A stretch of 64,000 nucleotides of DNA, from positions 1 through 64,000 of IMG/VR virus record IMGVR_UViG_3300025536_000001; one strand, 5' to 3'. Within the stretch, counting starts at the first letter, position 1; each line of letters begins with the position of its first letter. Under the pieces are notes generated by a model. It was not told the DNA's origin. It was given only the letters and a program-made list of their open reading frames with translations, and did no database searches. This DNA is from a virus. Positions 47,470 to 56,762 of this stretch are shown piece after piece. The translations under genes were made by a program, and so were the position numbers.

Positions 47470-48882
47470 ATGCCAGAACCTTTATTCGATTGGCAGATAG
47501 ATGATCTCGCGTTCTATATGAAGAACGAACGATGCGTAAATCTCAGCGACCCAGGCAGCGCCAAGACTCCTACGGTTTGCGTCTACTTGGAGTGGCTTTG
47601 GAACAAGAAGAAATGCAAGTCCATTTGGACTATGCCTAAATCGCTCATGCGCAAGAATAGGGATGAGCTTCTTCGCTTCACCAACTTTACGAAGGCGGAC
47701 ATTGCGATAGTGGATGGAACCCCTGCTGTTCGTGAGGAGATAATGAATAGGCCGGCAAAAGTGTTCATCATGGGCTTCAAGAGATTCTCCGATGATTGGA
47801 AGAAGATCAGGACTCTTCACCCAGAGATAGATATGGTGGCTATCGATGAGGTTCATATGGGCTTCAAGTCACACAATAGTCAGAGAACTAAAGAGCTCTT
47901 CGTGGCGATGAGAAGCATCAAGCACTTCCTTCCCATGTCTGGGTCTCTTATCGACGGGCGCCTGGATAGCGCATATCCAACCATCCATATCATAGAGCCT
48001 AGATATTACACTAATCATTGGTCGTTCATGGCACAGCATGCAATCTCTGACGAATACGGCAGAGTTATAATGTGGAGCAACCATGAGAAGCTTGGGAGAA
48101 TATTCAAGAGGCATGGCATTCGTCGTACATTCGAATCGGTTTGGAAGGACGCGCAGAAGCCAGTCATTATCACTGAGAGGGTGGAAATGTCTGAGAAGCA
48201 GCGTAAAATCTATAACGAGTTCGAAGAGAAAGCCATCCTCGAATTGGAGGACGGTTACCTGGAAGGCTTCAATCCCGCTGTGAATGCCATACGCTGCCGC
48301 CAAATTATGGCTCACCCTGAGACCTTCAAGCTTCTTAAGGAGGGGGAGATCACTGGTAAGGATGAAGCTCTGCAGGTTCACCTTGAAGATCACATCAACA
48401 AGAAAGAGCCTATTCTTATCTATGCTGCCTTGGTTCCAGAGCAGGAACGTATTGCAAAGATATGTACGGACGCTGGTTTCAAGGTTGGGCTTATGAATGG
48501 GGCTACGTCCGCTCCTGATCGGTCAGACATAGACGAGAAGTTTCGTTCAGGTGAAATTGATTGCATCGTAGGATCACCACAGGTCGCAGCGGTTGGTTTC
48601 AACTGGGGTCATATCGACCACGTGGTATTCACCAGTCTCAACTATCAGAATGTGGACTTCGTACAAGCATACCGCCGGGCGATCCGCGGGGCGCGTAAGA
48701 AGCCGCTGCGCGTAACGGTGCTTGAATACGCAGACTCAATAGACCAGAGGATATTTCAGATCGTCAATAAGAAGTCCTTGGACTTGGCCAAGGTGGATTC
48801 CAGCTACGATGTTCTCACTCTGGGTTCCCAGAAAGAAGATAGTATTCTGGATAAGGTAATTGATGCAAGAAAAGCAAAATAG
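47470..48882 (+). CDS. SNF2-family helicase/ATPase
   Basis: 470 aa with DPGSAKT (motif I-like), AIDEVHMGF (DEVH box) and a C-terminal helicase domain ending ...QAYRRAIRGARKKP. Confidence 0.85.
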   Translation: MPEPLFDWQIDDLAFYMKNERCVNLSDPGSAKTPTVCVYLEWLWNKKKCKSIWTMPKSLMRKNRDELLRFTNFTKADIAIVDGTPAVREEIMNRPAKVFIMGFKRFSDDWKKIRTLHPEIDMVAIDEVHMGFKSHNSQRTKELFVAMRSIKHFLPMSGSLIDGRLDSAYPTIHIIEPRYYTNHWSFMAQHAISDEYGRVIMWSNHEKLGRIFKRHGIRRTFESVWKDAQKPVIITERVEMSEKQRKIYNEFEEKAILELEDGYLEGFNPAVNAIRCRQIMAHPETFKLLKEGEITGKDEALQVHLEDHINKKEPILIYAALVPEQERIAKICTDAGFKVGLMNGATSAPDRSDIDEKFRSGEIDCIVGSPQVAAVGFNWGHIDHVVFTSLNYQNVDFVQAYRRAIRGARKKPLRVTVLEYADSIDQRIFQIVNKKSLDLAKVDSSYDVLTLGSQKEDSILDKVIDARKAK

Positions 48883-48885
48883 TTG

Positions 48886-48945
48886 TTGACCGGGTTTCCC
48901 CAAACTGGCATAAATGGGTTGTCCTTCAGAAATTGTTTCTGAAGG
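48886..48945 (+). promoter_or_regulatory. Promoter-like element plus 23-bp perfect palindrome in the leader
   Basis: TTGACC (48886-91), 18 nt, ATAAAT. Then CCTTCAGAAA-ttg-TTTCTGAAGG at 48923-48945. Confidence 0.5.
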
Positions 48946-48971
48946 TTACAACGAAGAAGGAGACCTATCTT

Positions 48972-49646
48972 ATGTCGCAACCAAATCCTGTTGACGCTGC
49001 CATTGCAAAAGCTGAAGCGCAAGCCGCAGCAAATGCTCCATCCAATCTGCCCCAACAAGGGCAGGTGGTAGATATGGTACCGGCCAACGGTACGTACTCT
49101 GCACCAGCCCCGGTTAGCCTGGGAGACCTGAAGAAAGGAATGAACGTAGATTCATTCCTGAAGCTCAGCTTCTATGGGATGGCTATCGGGAATCCTGAAC
49201 CTCTCTTCCAAGGCCCAATCAAAGCCAAGATCGATATGGCTGAGTTCCAGGCTTTTGAAGGGTTGGTTTACGGTAAGCCTCCAGTTTACATCAAGACGTT
49301 CGACCGTATCACGGAAGAAAATGGTGGAAGCTGGGCTGATGCAATGAACAAAGCTCGTCGCGCAGACCCTTCTGCTCGTTCTTACACTGGTGTCAACATC
49401 TCTGCTACGCTGCTGGAGAATGTCGCTGCTGATGGTAAGACGATTGCAGAAGCCGGCCTCCGCATCGGCTATTCGACGCCTCAGTCGGCTCGTGCGAACA
49501 TGTCGAAGTTCGTTGAAGAGGTCACAAAACTTGGCCTGATCAACAGCTGCGTCGATGTTCTCATCGGCTACGAGAAGCGTACGAATAAAGACGGTCAGAA
49601 GTGGGGTGGTATCACTCTCGAACTGATCGGCGAACACAAGTCTTAA
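48972..49646 (+). CDS. Abundant-looking replication/recombination accessory protein, possibly ssDNA-binding (function not established)
   Basis: 224 aa from ATG 48972 (AAGGAG). It has its own promoter-like element and a strong terminator. No motif recognised. Confidence 0.35.
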   Translation: MSQPNPVDAAIAKAEAQAAANAPSNLPQQGQVVDMVPANGTYSAPAPVSLGDLKKGMNVDSFLKLSFYGMAIGNPEPLFQGPIKAKIDMAEFQAFEGLVYGKPPVYIKTFDRITEENGGSWADAMNKARRADPSARSYTGVNISATLLENVAADGKTIAEAGLRIGYSTPQSARANMSKFVEEVTKLGLINSCVDVLIGYEKRTNKDGQKWGGITLELIGEHKS

Positions 49647-49664
49647 GAGTCTACCTAGGACTGC

Positions 49665-49701
49665 GGGGCACCGTCCTTAAAACGGGCGGTGCCTCTTTTT
49701 T
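49665..49701 (+). terminator. Rho-independent terminator
   Basis: GGCACCGTCC pairs with GGGCGGTGCC (10 bp with one G-U), 7-nt loop, then TCTTTTTT. Confidence 0.8.
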
Positions 49702-49716
49702 AGAGGAGGGAGTTTG

Positions 49717-50499
49717 ATGATAAATCTCACCATCGTTGATGGAAATAATTGGTTCAGGCGCCGGGCTGAGACCGACATAATGGGTCTCCCTGTTAGGAAA
49801 TGCTTCCAGGAAATTCAGGGGAATAGTGAACACGTCATCGTCGTGTGGGACGGCATGAACGCCAACGCGCGGCGCCGTGCTATCTATCCAGATTACAAAG
49901 TGAAACGGATTACTCCTGGAGAGGACATATTCAAGAGCCAGGATTTACTGAAGAGACTTTTGGTTCTTGGTAAGGCATCACAAGTCCAGGTGGATGGTTA
50001 CGAGGGAGATGATGTGGTTGCTGCCTTGGCTCTCTACTACAAAGACAAGGTGGACAATATCTTCATCGAGTCAAATGACGCTGACTTGGGGCAGCTTGGC
50101 TTTCCTATGTCCCGCGCGACACCCCTACCGGAGAAGCCTGAGTTCATTGCCATCTACAAAGCGATAGTGGGAGACGCTTCAGACAACATCCCTGGCGCTA
50201 AAGGTTTCGGTAAGGGCTCGTGGGAGAAACTCACTGACGCACAGAAGCGCATGCTGCACCACGTTGTGGCAAACTGTATCAACGAAACTGAAACCGTGAT
50301 TAAGGCTAAGGTGGAAGCTTTCTTTCCGCCGAAGGCGCTCACCTGGTTTGTAAAGAAGGAGAACAGGATGCAGGTTCTGGACTTCTACCGTATCGTGAAC
50401 TTCCTACCGATCCCAATGAGCGTGATACAAAGTAATACGCGGGTGGGATTGAACGTGCCGGGTGAGGCTCTTCAGATTCTGGAGGAATATTTTATATGA
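49717..50499 (+). CDS. 5'-3' exonuclease / flap endonuclease
   Basis: IVDGNNWFRR, GYEGDDVVAALA, SNDADLGQL and GDASDNIPGAKGFG are the FEN / Pol I 5'-exonuclease motifs. Confidence 0.9.
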   Translation: MINLTIVDGNNWFRRRAETDIMGLPVRKCFQEIQGNSEHVIVVWDGMNANARRRAIYPDYKVKRITPGEDIFKSQDLLKRLLVLGKASQVQVDGYEGDDVVAALALYYKDKVDNIFIESNDADLGQLGFPMSRATPLPEKPEFIAIYKAIVGDASDNIPGAKGFGKGSWEKLTDAQKRMLHHVVANCINETETVIKAKVEAFFPPKALTWFVKKENRMQVLDFYRIVNFLPIPMSVIQSNTRVGLNVPGEALQILEEYFI

Positions 50500-50636
50500 G
50501 ACCCTACAAGATCGTGAAATGGAGAGGAACCTATTTCATGGTGGCTAGATGGTTTACTGAAGACGACATGATAAGAACTGACCAACTTATAAAGGAGTAC
50601 AACAATGACCAAGTTCAAACCACAACTGGCAGCTAA
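50496..50636 (+). CDS. Small ORF (46 aa) bridging the FEN and ligase genes
   Basis: Own translation: MRPYKIVKWRGTYFMVARWFTEDDMIRTDQLIKEYNNDQVQTTTGS. GGAGGA SD. ATGA coupling. Confidence 0.35.
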   Translation: MRPYKIVKWRGTYFMVARWFTEDDMIRTDQLIKEYNNDQVQTTTGS

Positions 50637-51585
50637 AGTTAAAGCAGACGAGAAGAAGGGTGAGACGTTCATTCAGAAAATGACTGACTTCATTATTTCC
50701 GAAGTCAAGTATCCAGTCCTTGCTTCCCCAAAGCTTGATGGTATCCGCGCCATCGTTATTGATGGGGAGGTAAAGAGTCGGAAGCTTATTAACATTCCTA
50801 ACAAACATGTTCAGGCTTTACTGGGGCAGCAAGCTCTGCAGGGGCTCGATGGAGAACTGATCGTAGGTAATCCCTGCGATCCAGATGCCTACACGAACAG
50901 CTACTCTGGCGTCATGTCAGAGGATAAAATCCCTGAGTTCAAGTTCTATGTATTCGACATGGTTCCAGAGTTGTTGGGTTTCGAACCTCCTAACAGGGAA
51001 TTTAATACCCGCCTTAATTGGGTAAGACAGTGGATGCTGGACCATTCCACCTACGGACATTTGGTGGAGGTAGTTCCTCACGTACTAATCTACTCCGCAG
51101 AAGAACTGATCGCCTATGAAGAGAAGATGGTTGCTCTTGGTTATGAGGGAGTGATGATCCGCGACCCGAAGGGCTCGTACAAATATGGACGATCTACCCT
51201 AAAGGAACAAGGTCTCGTTAAGGTCATTCGCGTTGAGGATGGCGAGTACGAGATCGTCGGGTTCAAGGAGAGGATGGAGAATAATAATGAGAAGACTACC
51301 GACAACCTTGGACGCAGCAAGCGCTCTTCCCACGCAGAAAATAAAACTGGCCGAGGAGACCTTGGGTCTTTCATCTGCAAGATGCCTAATGGTGAGACGT
51401 TTGACGCAAGCGGGAAGATGGACGACCCAACTCGAAAAGAAATATGGGATAACAAATCTAAGTATCTGGGAATGATGGCCAAGATACAACATCGCCCTTA
51501 TGGGGGCTATGATAAGCCCAGGTTCCCTGTGTTCCTGGGATTCCGTCACGAAATGGACATGGATAAAGAAGGAGAAGCAGCATGA
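50605..51585 (+). CDS. ATP-dependent DNA ligase
   Basis: 326 aa with the adenylation motif SPKLDGIRAIV (KxDG). Size is typical of phage ligases. Confidence 0.9.
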   Translation: MTKFKPQLAAKVKADEKKGETFIQKMTDFIISEVKYPVLASPKLDGIRAIVIDGEVKSRKLINIPNKHVQALLGQQALQGLDGELIVGNPCDPDAYTNSYSGVMSEDKIPEFKFYVFDMVPELLGFEPPNREFNTRLNWVRQWMLDHSTYGHLVEVVPHVLIYSAEELIAYEEKMVALGYEGVMIRDPKGSYKYGRSTLKEQGLVKVIRVEDGEYEIVGFKERMENNNEKTTDNLGRSKRSSHAENKTGRGDLGSFICKMPNGETFDASGKMDDPTRKEIWDNKSKYLGMMAKIQHRPYGGYDKPRFPVFLGFRHEMDMDKEGEAA

Positions 51586-51764
51586 AAGAATCAGTGATAC
51601 ATGGGGTTAAGAACTATGTCTTTGAGATCAGAGATCCTCAGGATCAGCAAGGTGCATCCACACTGGTGAAAGTAACCCAAGCAGTTAATCTTATAAATGC
51701 AGTGGGGGCAGTCATGGGGGCGCATGATAATAAAGTCATCCTCAGTGTCTATCAGGAGGTTTGA
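51582..51764 (+). CDS. Hypothetical protein (60 aa)
   Basis: ORF track. ATGA coupling. Confidence 0.5.
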   Translation: MKESVIHGVKNYVFEIRDPQDQQGASTLVKVTQAVNLINAVGAVMGAHDNKVILSVYQEV

Positions 51765-52117
51765 TGGAACATACTGAAGCAGAGAAAACTGCGCTAATGA
51801 AAACCTGGGCTTCTCATCATGGTTTGAAGCTCCATAAAGGAAATAGAAACTGGGCGGCGCTTGTTAAGCCTCCCTATAAAAAACCAAAGACTCCTATGCA
51901 GGATCACTATGGACCTGGAGACGATCACTGTTCATTATGGTACAAAGATGGAAAACCATACTGTTGGGTCTCTCAACCGTATGGTCTAAGACCTAATGAT
52001 TTGTTAAGGATGATGGCTCATGCAAACTTATATGGGCTTGACTTCACAATAGGGTCGTGGCCAGCTTGGTACTATCCAGGGCGTGTCCTGTTTGTTGTTT
52101 GGAAAAGGAAAGACTGA
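51761..52117 (+). CDS. Hypothetical protein (118 aa)
   Basis: ORF track. CAGGAGG SD. Confidence 0.55.
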   Translation: MMEHTEAEKTALMKTWASHHGLKLHKGNRNWAALVKPPYKKPKTPMQDHYGPGDDHCSLWYKDGKPYCWVSQPYGLRPNDLLRMMAHANLYGLDFTIGSWPAWYYPGRVLFVVWKRKD

Positions 52118-54801
52118 TGGAACAGATCCCCACAGTACTGATCGACAGGAGAAACATATCAGAACAGATGCCCATATTGTTAGAGAAGATGAAGTCTTCT
52201 ACTCTTGTGGGGTTTGATACTGAGACCCAGGACGTTGACTTCGCACACGATGGCCTGAAAAAGTTTCGGGGTAAAGATGCCTCGCCATTTGATTGGCGCC
52301 GTATGAAGATCACCGGGTTCTCTTTATATTTCGACGAGGATACAGTGGCCTATTACTTCAACATCCTTCATAAGGATGTTGAGAACAGGATTGTGTGGCC
52401 TGAGGTCAGACAGTTGTTTGAGCTTAAGCCGGCTGGTTGCACCATGGTTTGTCACAACGCACCGTTTGAGTTAACGGTGATGGGAAACGATCCAGACATA
52501 AATCTGCCCGATGTGGTTTGCACTATGCAGATGGCGGTTTCAGCTTGGGGGCCTGATGAGTATGACCATAATGATTATATCAATGCCCAGTTCGGGGAGA
52601 TCAAGAACCTGTTCCCTGATATCGAGATGGCTTTCAGGAATCATCGTTCGAACGACAAGGATGAAGAAGGGAGAGATAAATTGTCGCCTCTCCAGGCAGA
52701 GCTGATCTCAAAAATTCTCGGGAAGAGTTCTGATGCCACGCATTCCTACGCCGGCTTCACAAAGAGCCTCTCTTTCGGTTACGGCCTCAAAGGTCTTGTG
52801 AAGAAATTCTTCGAATACCAGATGGCTACTTTCGAGGAGACCTTGGCTGCGGGGGGCGCCACTCACATGGGTGAGTTGACGGGAGAGCAGGTAGCTGATT
52901 ACGGTGCTGACGATGCTTATTGGACAGTGAAGTTGTTCTATCGCATCTACCAGTACATGAAGGAGAATTGTCCAGAGACGATTCCCACATTCTTCTCCCA
53001 AGAGAACCCGATGATTTATATCTTTTCTGATATAAGACGTCAGGGGTTGAAAGTGAACCCAAAGGGGATAGCAGATCGTACCGCCCTGGAACGCGCTGAG
53101 TTCGCAAAGGTATTGCGCGAGGTCAAGGCAGCGATCAACGCGCTGCTGCCGTTCAAACCAGAGTTGGATGAGAAGTTACTGAAGTACGAGAAATGGTATC
53201 AGACGAAGGGTCAGTATTACAGACAACGCCTGTCTAACTGGGCGGCGTTACCCGACAGCAACGATGATAAGATTCAGGCTGCACAGGTCAGCAGCGCGGT
53301 CTCCAACGCCTGGCTCGGCGAGAAGAACACTGGGGATATAAATCTCACTCACTACTTCCAGAGCCGGCTTCTCATGTACGACCTGACAGGTTTGCCCCCC
53401 ATCCTCTACAAGGGAAAGGTTCAGTCGGACGCGGAGACGCGCGGGGAAGTTAAGGACAAGCTGCAGAAGATGCTCAAGGCCCTTGAAGCTGAGCCTGAAG
53501 GCACCCAGCCAGCCCAGACCAACAAGGCTGAAAATCTTAAACTTTGCATAACTATGGTCACCAAGTTGGGGGAACTGGCCAGTATAGAGCAGCGCATGAA
53601 GCTGTATCTGACGCCCTACAGCTTGCTTACAGACCCTGAGACTGGGCGGATGTACCCAGAAGTGTCCAGCATGCTTGCAACCCGCAGGATGGCCTGTTCT
53701 AACCCCAATGGTATGCAGCTGGCGAAGCGAGGGGAGAGCACTTACGTCCGAGGGTTCTTCCTGCCAGACAAAGACGACCACGTGTTACTTTCCATAGACT
53801 GGTCACAGATCGAACTGGTCTTGATCGGGGAAGAGAGCGGAGACCCAGAGTTCAAGAAGGCTTTTGGCCAGACACCCTATAAGGATTTACATATTGGGGC
53901 GGCAGCAGACGTCTTGAAAGTGATGATCCCCGAAGTCACTGAAGAGATGCTCAAGAACATGAACAAGATGAAGCCAGAAGACCTGCCCCCACAACTGCTG
54001 GTAAAACCAAATGGGGAGCCGCTCGACCCCGCCAAGGCAAAGAAGTTTTGGAGAACAGAAATCGGTAAAGGTTCCAACTTCAATTACTGGTATAGCGGAG
54101 CGCTGTCAACTGTGGGGGAGAAACTCGGATGGACGTCAGAGCAGATGTGGAAAGCCACCGAAAAATATCGTGAGAGATTCGCGGTGGCTGAAGCCTGGAG
54201 AAAGAAGGTGATCGAAGATGCCACATGGACTGGCTACACGATGCTCCCTGACGGGCACCGCCGGTCTCGGTGGGAGATTACTTATGACTGGACGAACATC
54301 ACGCACAGAATGCTTGAGGCTTACAACGCGCCTGGGCTGAAGAACTTTGCTCCGACTCTCATCAAGAACCTGAAATCCCGAGCTGGGAACCAACTGGTGA
54401 ACGCAAAGATTCAGGGCTCATGCGCCACGCTGGCGAAGAGATCCAGCATCTCTATCAACAAGGAGATCAAGTCTGCCGGATATGACGCATTGTTTAAGAT
54501 GCCAATCCACGATGAGTTGCTCTTCTCTGTCAATCGTAGGGAAGTAAAAGACTTCCTACCTATGGCTAAGAAGATCATGTGCACTCACCCTGAGATTGTC
54601 AAAGACCTGGTGATCGACGCATCAGCATCAATAGGTTTGACCTTCGAGCCATTCGATCCAAGGAAGGCGCCTGTAGGACAGATCGAGATTGATGAGGCTC
54701 CTGACATGTTGGGATGGAAAGAAGGTTCAAAGCTTAACCTGACAGAGATTGAACAGGCGATGGATTATTTATTCGATAAAAGAAAGGAGATCGGGATATG
54801 A
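52117..54801 (+). CDS. Family A DNA polymerase with 3'-5' exonuclease domain
   Basis: ExoI VGFDTET, motif A IDWSQIELVLIG, motif B RTEIGKGSNFNYWYSG, motif C MPIHDELLF. ATG 52117 chosen (TGATG junction). Confidence 0.95.
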   Translation: MEQIPTVLIDRRNISEQMPILLEKMKSSTLVGFDTETQDVDFAHDGLKKFRGKDASPFDWRRMKITGFSLYFDEDTVAYYFNILHKDVENRIVWPEVRQLFELKPAGCTMVCHNAPFELTVMGNDPDINLPDVVCTMQMAVSAWGPDEYDHNDYINAQFGEIKNLFPDIEMAFRNHRSNDKDEEGRDKLSPLQAELISKILGKSSDATHSYAGFTKSLSFGYGLKGLVKKFFEYQMATFEETLAAGGATHMGELTGEQVADYGADDAYWTVKLFYRIYQYMKENCPETIPTFFSQENPMIYIFSDIRRQGLKVNPKGIADRTALERAEFAKVLREVKAAINALLPFKPELDEKLLKYEKWYQTKGQYYRQRLSNWAALPDSNDDKIQAAQVSSAVSNAWLGEKNTGDINLTHYFQSRLLMYDLTGLPPILYKGKVQSDAETRGEVKDKLQKMLKALEAEPEGTQPAQTNKAENLKLCITMVTKLGELASIEQRMKLYLTPYSLLTDPETGRMYPEVSSMLATRRMACSNPNGMQLAKRGESTYVRGFFLPDKDDHVLLSIDWSQIELVLIGEESGDPEFKKAFGQTPYKDLHIGAAADVLKVMIPEVTEEMLKNMNKMKPEDLPPQLLVKPNGEPLDPAKAKKFWRTEIGKGSNFNYWYSGALSTVGEKLGWTSEQMWKATEKYRERFAVAEAWRKKVIEDATWTGYTMLPDGHRRSRWEITYDWTNITHRMLEAYNAPGLKNFAPTLIKNLKSRAGNQLVNAKIQGSCATLAKRSSISINKEIKSAGYDALFKMPIHDELLFSVNRREVKDFLPMAKKIMCTHPEIVKDLVIDASASIGLTFEPFDPRKAPVGQIEIDEAPDMLGWKEGSKLNLTEIEQAMDYLFDKRKEIGI

Positions 54802-55208
54802 AGAATGACGGTACTGCAGCCCAGGATGATTTCGTATCTATGATGGAGGAGAGATACGGGAAGAATGTTTACATTTACCGCCTCACCGACACGAAAGAAA
54901 TCAAGGGAGCCTTGAAGCAGGGCTTTGTTAAGAAGACTCCATCGGACTATATCGTCACTGCAAACGGTAAGATGATCTACGCCGAAGTGAAGTCCACTAT
55001 CGACCCTAAGAAGTTTTCCTTCAAGTTCCAAAAGGGGCAGCATATAGCCATGCTTCGGCAGACAAACGCCGGTGGTGATTATATGGTGTTCATCAACTCT
55101 CTGCACCATAAGTGTTGGTATATGGTTCCAGCAGAATTCTTTTTAGCCAACGAGAAAAAATCAGCAACGTGGAAGGAATTAGAATGCTTTATACTGACGT
55201 CATGGTAG
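54798..55208 (+). CDS. PD-(D/E)xK nuclease, Hjc/resolvase-like (tentative)
   Basis: 136 aa. SDYIVTANGKMIYAEVKS gives a D...E.K arrangement. Confidence 0.45.
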   Translation: MKNDGTAAQDDFVSMMEERYGKNVYIYRLTDTKEIKGALKQGFVKKTPSDYIVTANGKMIYAEVKSTIDPKKFSFKFQKGQHIAMLRQTNAGGDYMVFINSLHHKCWYMVPAEFFLANEKKSATWKELECFILTSW

Positions 55209-55735
55209 ACATAGAGACTACGGGAACAATGCCCGATCGACACGGCATCCTGCAGATCTCGGCGGTTAAATTCAATCTTGAGGAAATGACGGTAGACCCC
55301 GAGTTCTTCAACGTATGTATGTTCAACGCACCCCATCGGTCATGGGATCAAGGAACAGTAGCGTGGTGGAACAGGAAGCCTGATGTTCTCAAGAGCATCA
55401 TGCAGAGGGCTCAACCGTATCAGAAAGCGATAGGAGACTTCGCGGATTGGAGCTATCCGGCAGGGCATCTGCGGTTCTGGTCAAAGCCGTCCCACTTCGA
55501 CTTCATGTTCCTCTCATCATACTTCAACGATGCGGGGCTGGGAAACCCGTTCCATTACAGGGAAGCGTACGATATGCACAGCTATCTGCGAGGCTTATGG
55601 TTTCCAGAGGTTCCCCCAAATCTTGAAGTGAGGGTCGCGGGGCCGGCGCACGATGCATTAAACGACACGCTGTGGCAGCTGAAGACACTGTTTGCCCACA
55701 TTCAAGCTAGGAAGGAGAAGCTCAGTGGAAGTTAA
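55184..55735 (+). CDS. DnaQ-like (DEDD) 3'-5' exonuclease
   Basis: VDIETTG (ExoI) and PAHDALNDT (ExoIII with His). Track ORF trimmed to ATG 55184. Confidence 0.75.
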   Translation: MLYTDVMVDIETTGTMPDRHGILQISAVKFNLEEMTVDPEFFNVCMFNAPHRSWDQGTVAWWNRKPDVLKSIMQRAQPYQKAIGDFADWSYPAGHLRFWSKPSHFDFMFLSSYFNDAGLGNPFHYREAYDMHSYLRGLWFPEVPPNLEVRVAGPAHDALNDTLWQLKTLFAHIQARKEKLSGS

Positions 55736-56762
55736 ACCATCCTACTCAATCATCTTCACAGGGGGACCCGCCGTTATCGGCGACCCCCACCTGGGGAAGA
55801 AGTTCACAAACGGGGTTCCCCTCGATCGCCGAGGGGAGCGTGAGGCTCATCAGTATGAGACCTTCAGGGTAAGCCTTCATGCTGCAGCAGAAGAATCATC
55901 CCTGGTGGTTATGATGGGAGACCTGTTCGACCAATACATGGTTGAAGGTTCTGACCTTTATGAGACCTACTTGATCTATAAGGAGGTAGCGGAGGCACAC
56001 CCGGCGGTTCGTTTCGTTCTTATAAGGGGCAACCATGATGTGTCGAGGTATATTGCCAGAAGGAGTTCTTTTGATATCCTGGCAGCGATGCTGGAGAAGT
56101 TCAACAACATCATCGTAGTCTTACAACCAATCCTCCTGAAAGAAAACTCAGACGTATATCTTTTCTTTCCCTATGACGCGTTCCAAAGTACCCGAGAACT
56201 ACTGACTGGGATTATGCGGCAGTTTACTACGCCGGGGGAGAAATACACCGCAATCTTCGGCCACTGGGATATAGAAAGTTTCGGAGGCAGCGATTACAAT
56301 TTATGCCCATTCGACCTACTGGCTCCAACACTGGTAGATGGTGGGAAGATTATCACTGGTCACGTCCACGAGGCTCAGATTTTTACCATCCCTGATGAAA
56401 CCTTCCAGGTTATAGTCACAGGCTCTATGCTCCCATACTCACATGGTGAAGATTCCAATGGTAACATATATGTTACTATGACCCTCGCCGAGTTCGAGGC
56501 TGCGCCCATCTCATTCAGGGATAAGTCGGTTCGTCTCCTGCTCCGTCCGGGGCAGGTTCCCCCTGACAACATCGATGCCCTGCAGATTTCCCACAAGTAT
56601 GTGGACGACAATAAAGTCGAAGAGACAGAGGTAAGAATGACAAACTTCTCGTTTAAGGAGTTGTTCGAAAAGGTTTTTTCAGAGCACGGGCTGGACGAGG
56701 AAGTGACAAACGCCTATTGGGAAAAGTACAAGGAGAAGAATACAGATGATCATACAGCTTAA
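55725..56762 (+). CDS. sbcD: SbcD/Mre11-type nuclease
   Basis: Calcineurin-fold motifs GDPHLG, GDLFD, GNHD, GHWD and GHVH. GTG 55725 lies 7 nt after GAAGGAG. Confidence 0.85.
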   Translation: MEVKPSYSIIFTGGPAVIGDPHLGKKFTNGVPLDRRGEREAHQYETFRVSLHAAAEESSLVVMMGDLFDQYMVEGSDLYETYLIYKEVAEAHPAVRFVLIRGNHDVSRYIARRSSFDILAAMLEKFNNIIVVLQPILLKENSDVYLFFPYDAFQSTRELLTGIMRQFTTPGEKYTAIFGHWDIESFGGSDYNLCPFDLLAPTLVDGGKIITGHVHEAQIFTIPDETFQVIVTGSMLPYSHGEDSNGNIYVTMTLAEFEAAPISFRDKSVRLLLRPGQVPPDNIDALQISHKYVDDNKVEETEVRMTNFSFKELFEKVFSEHGLDEEVTNAYWEKYKEKNTDDHTA

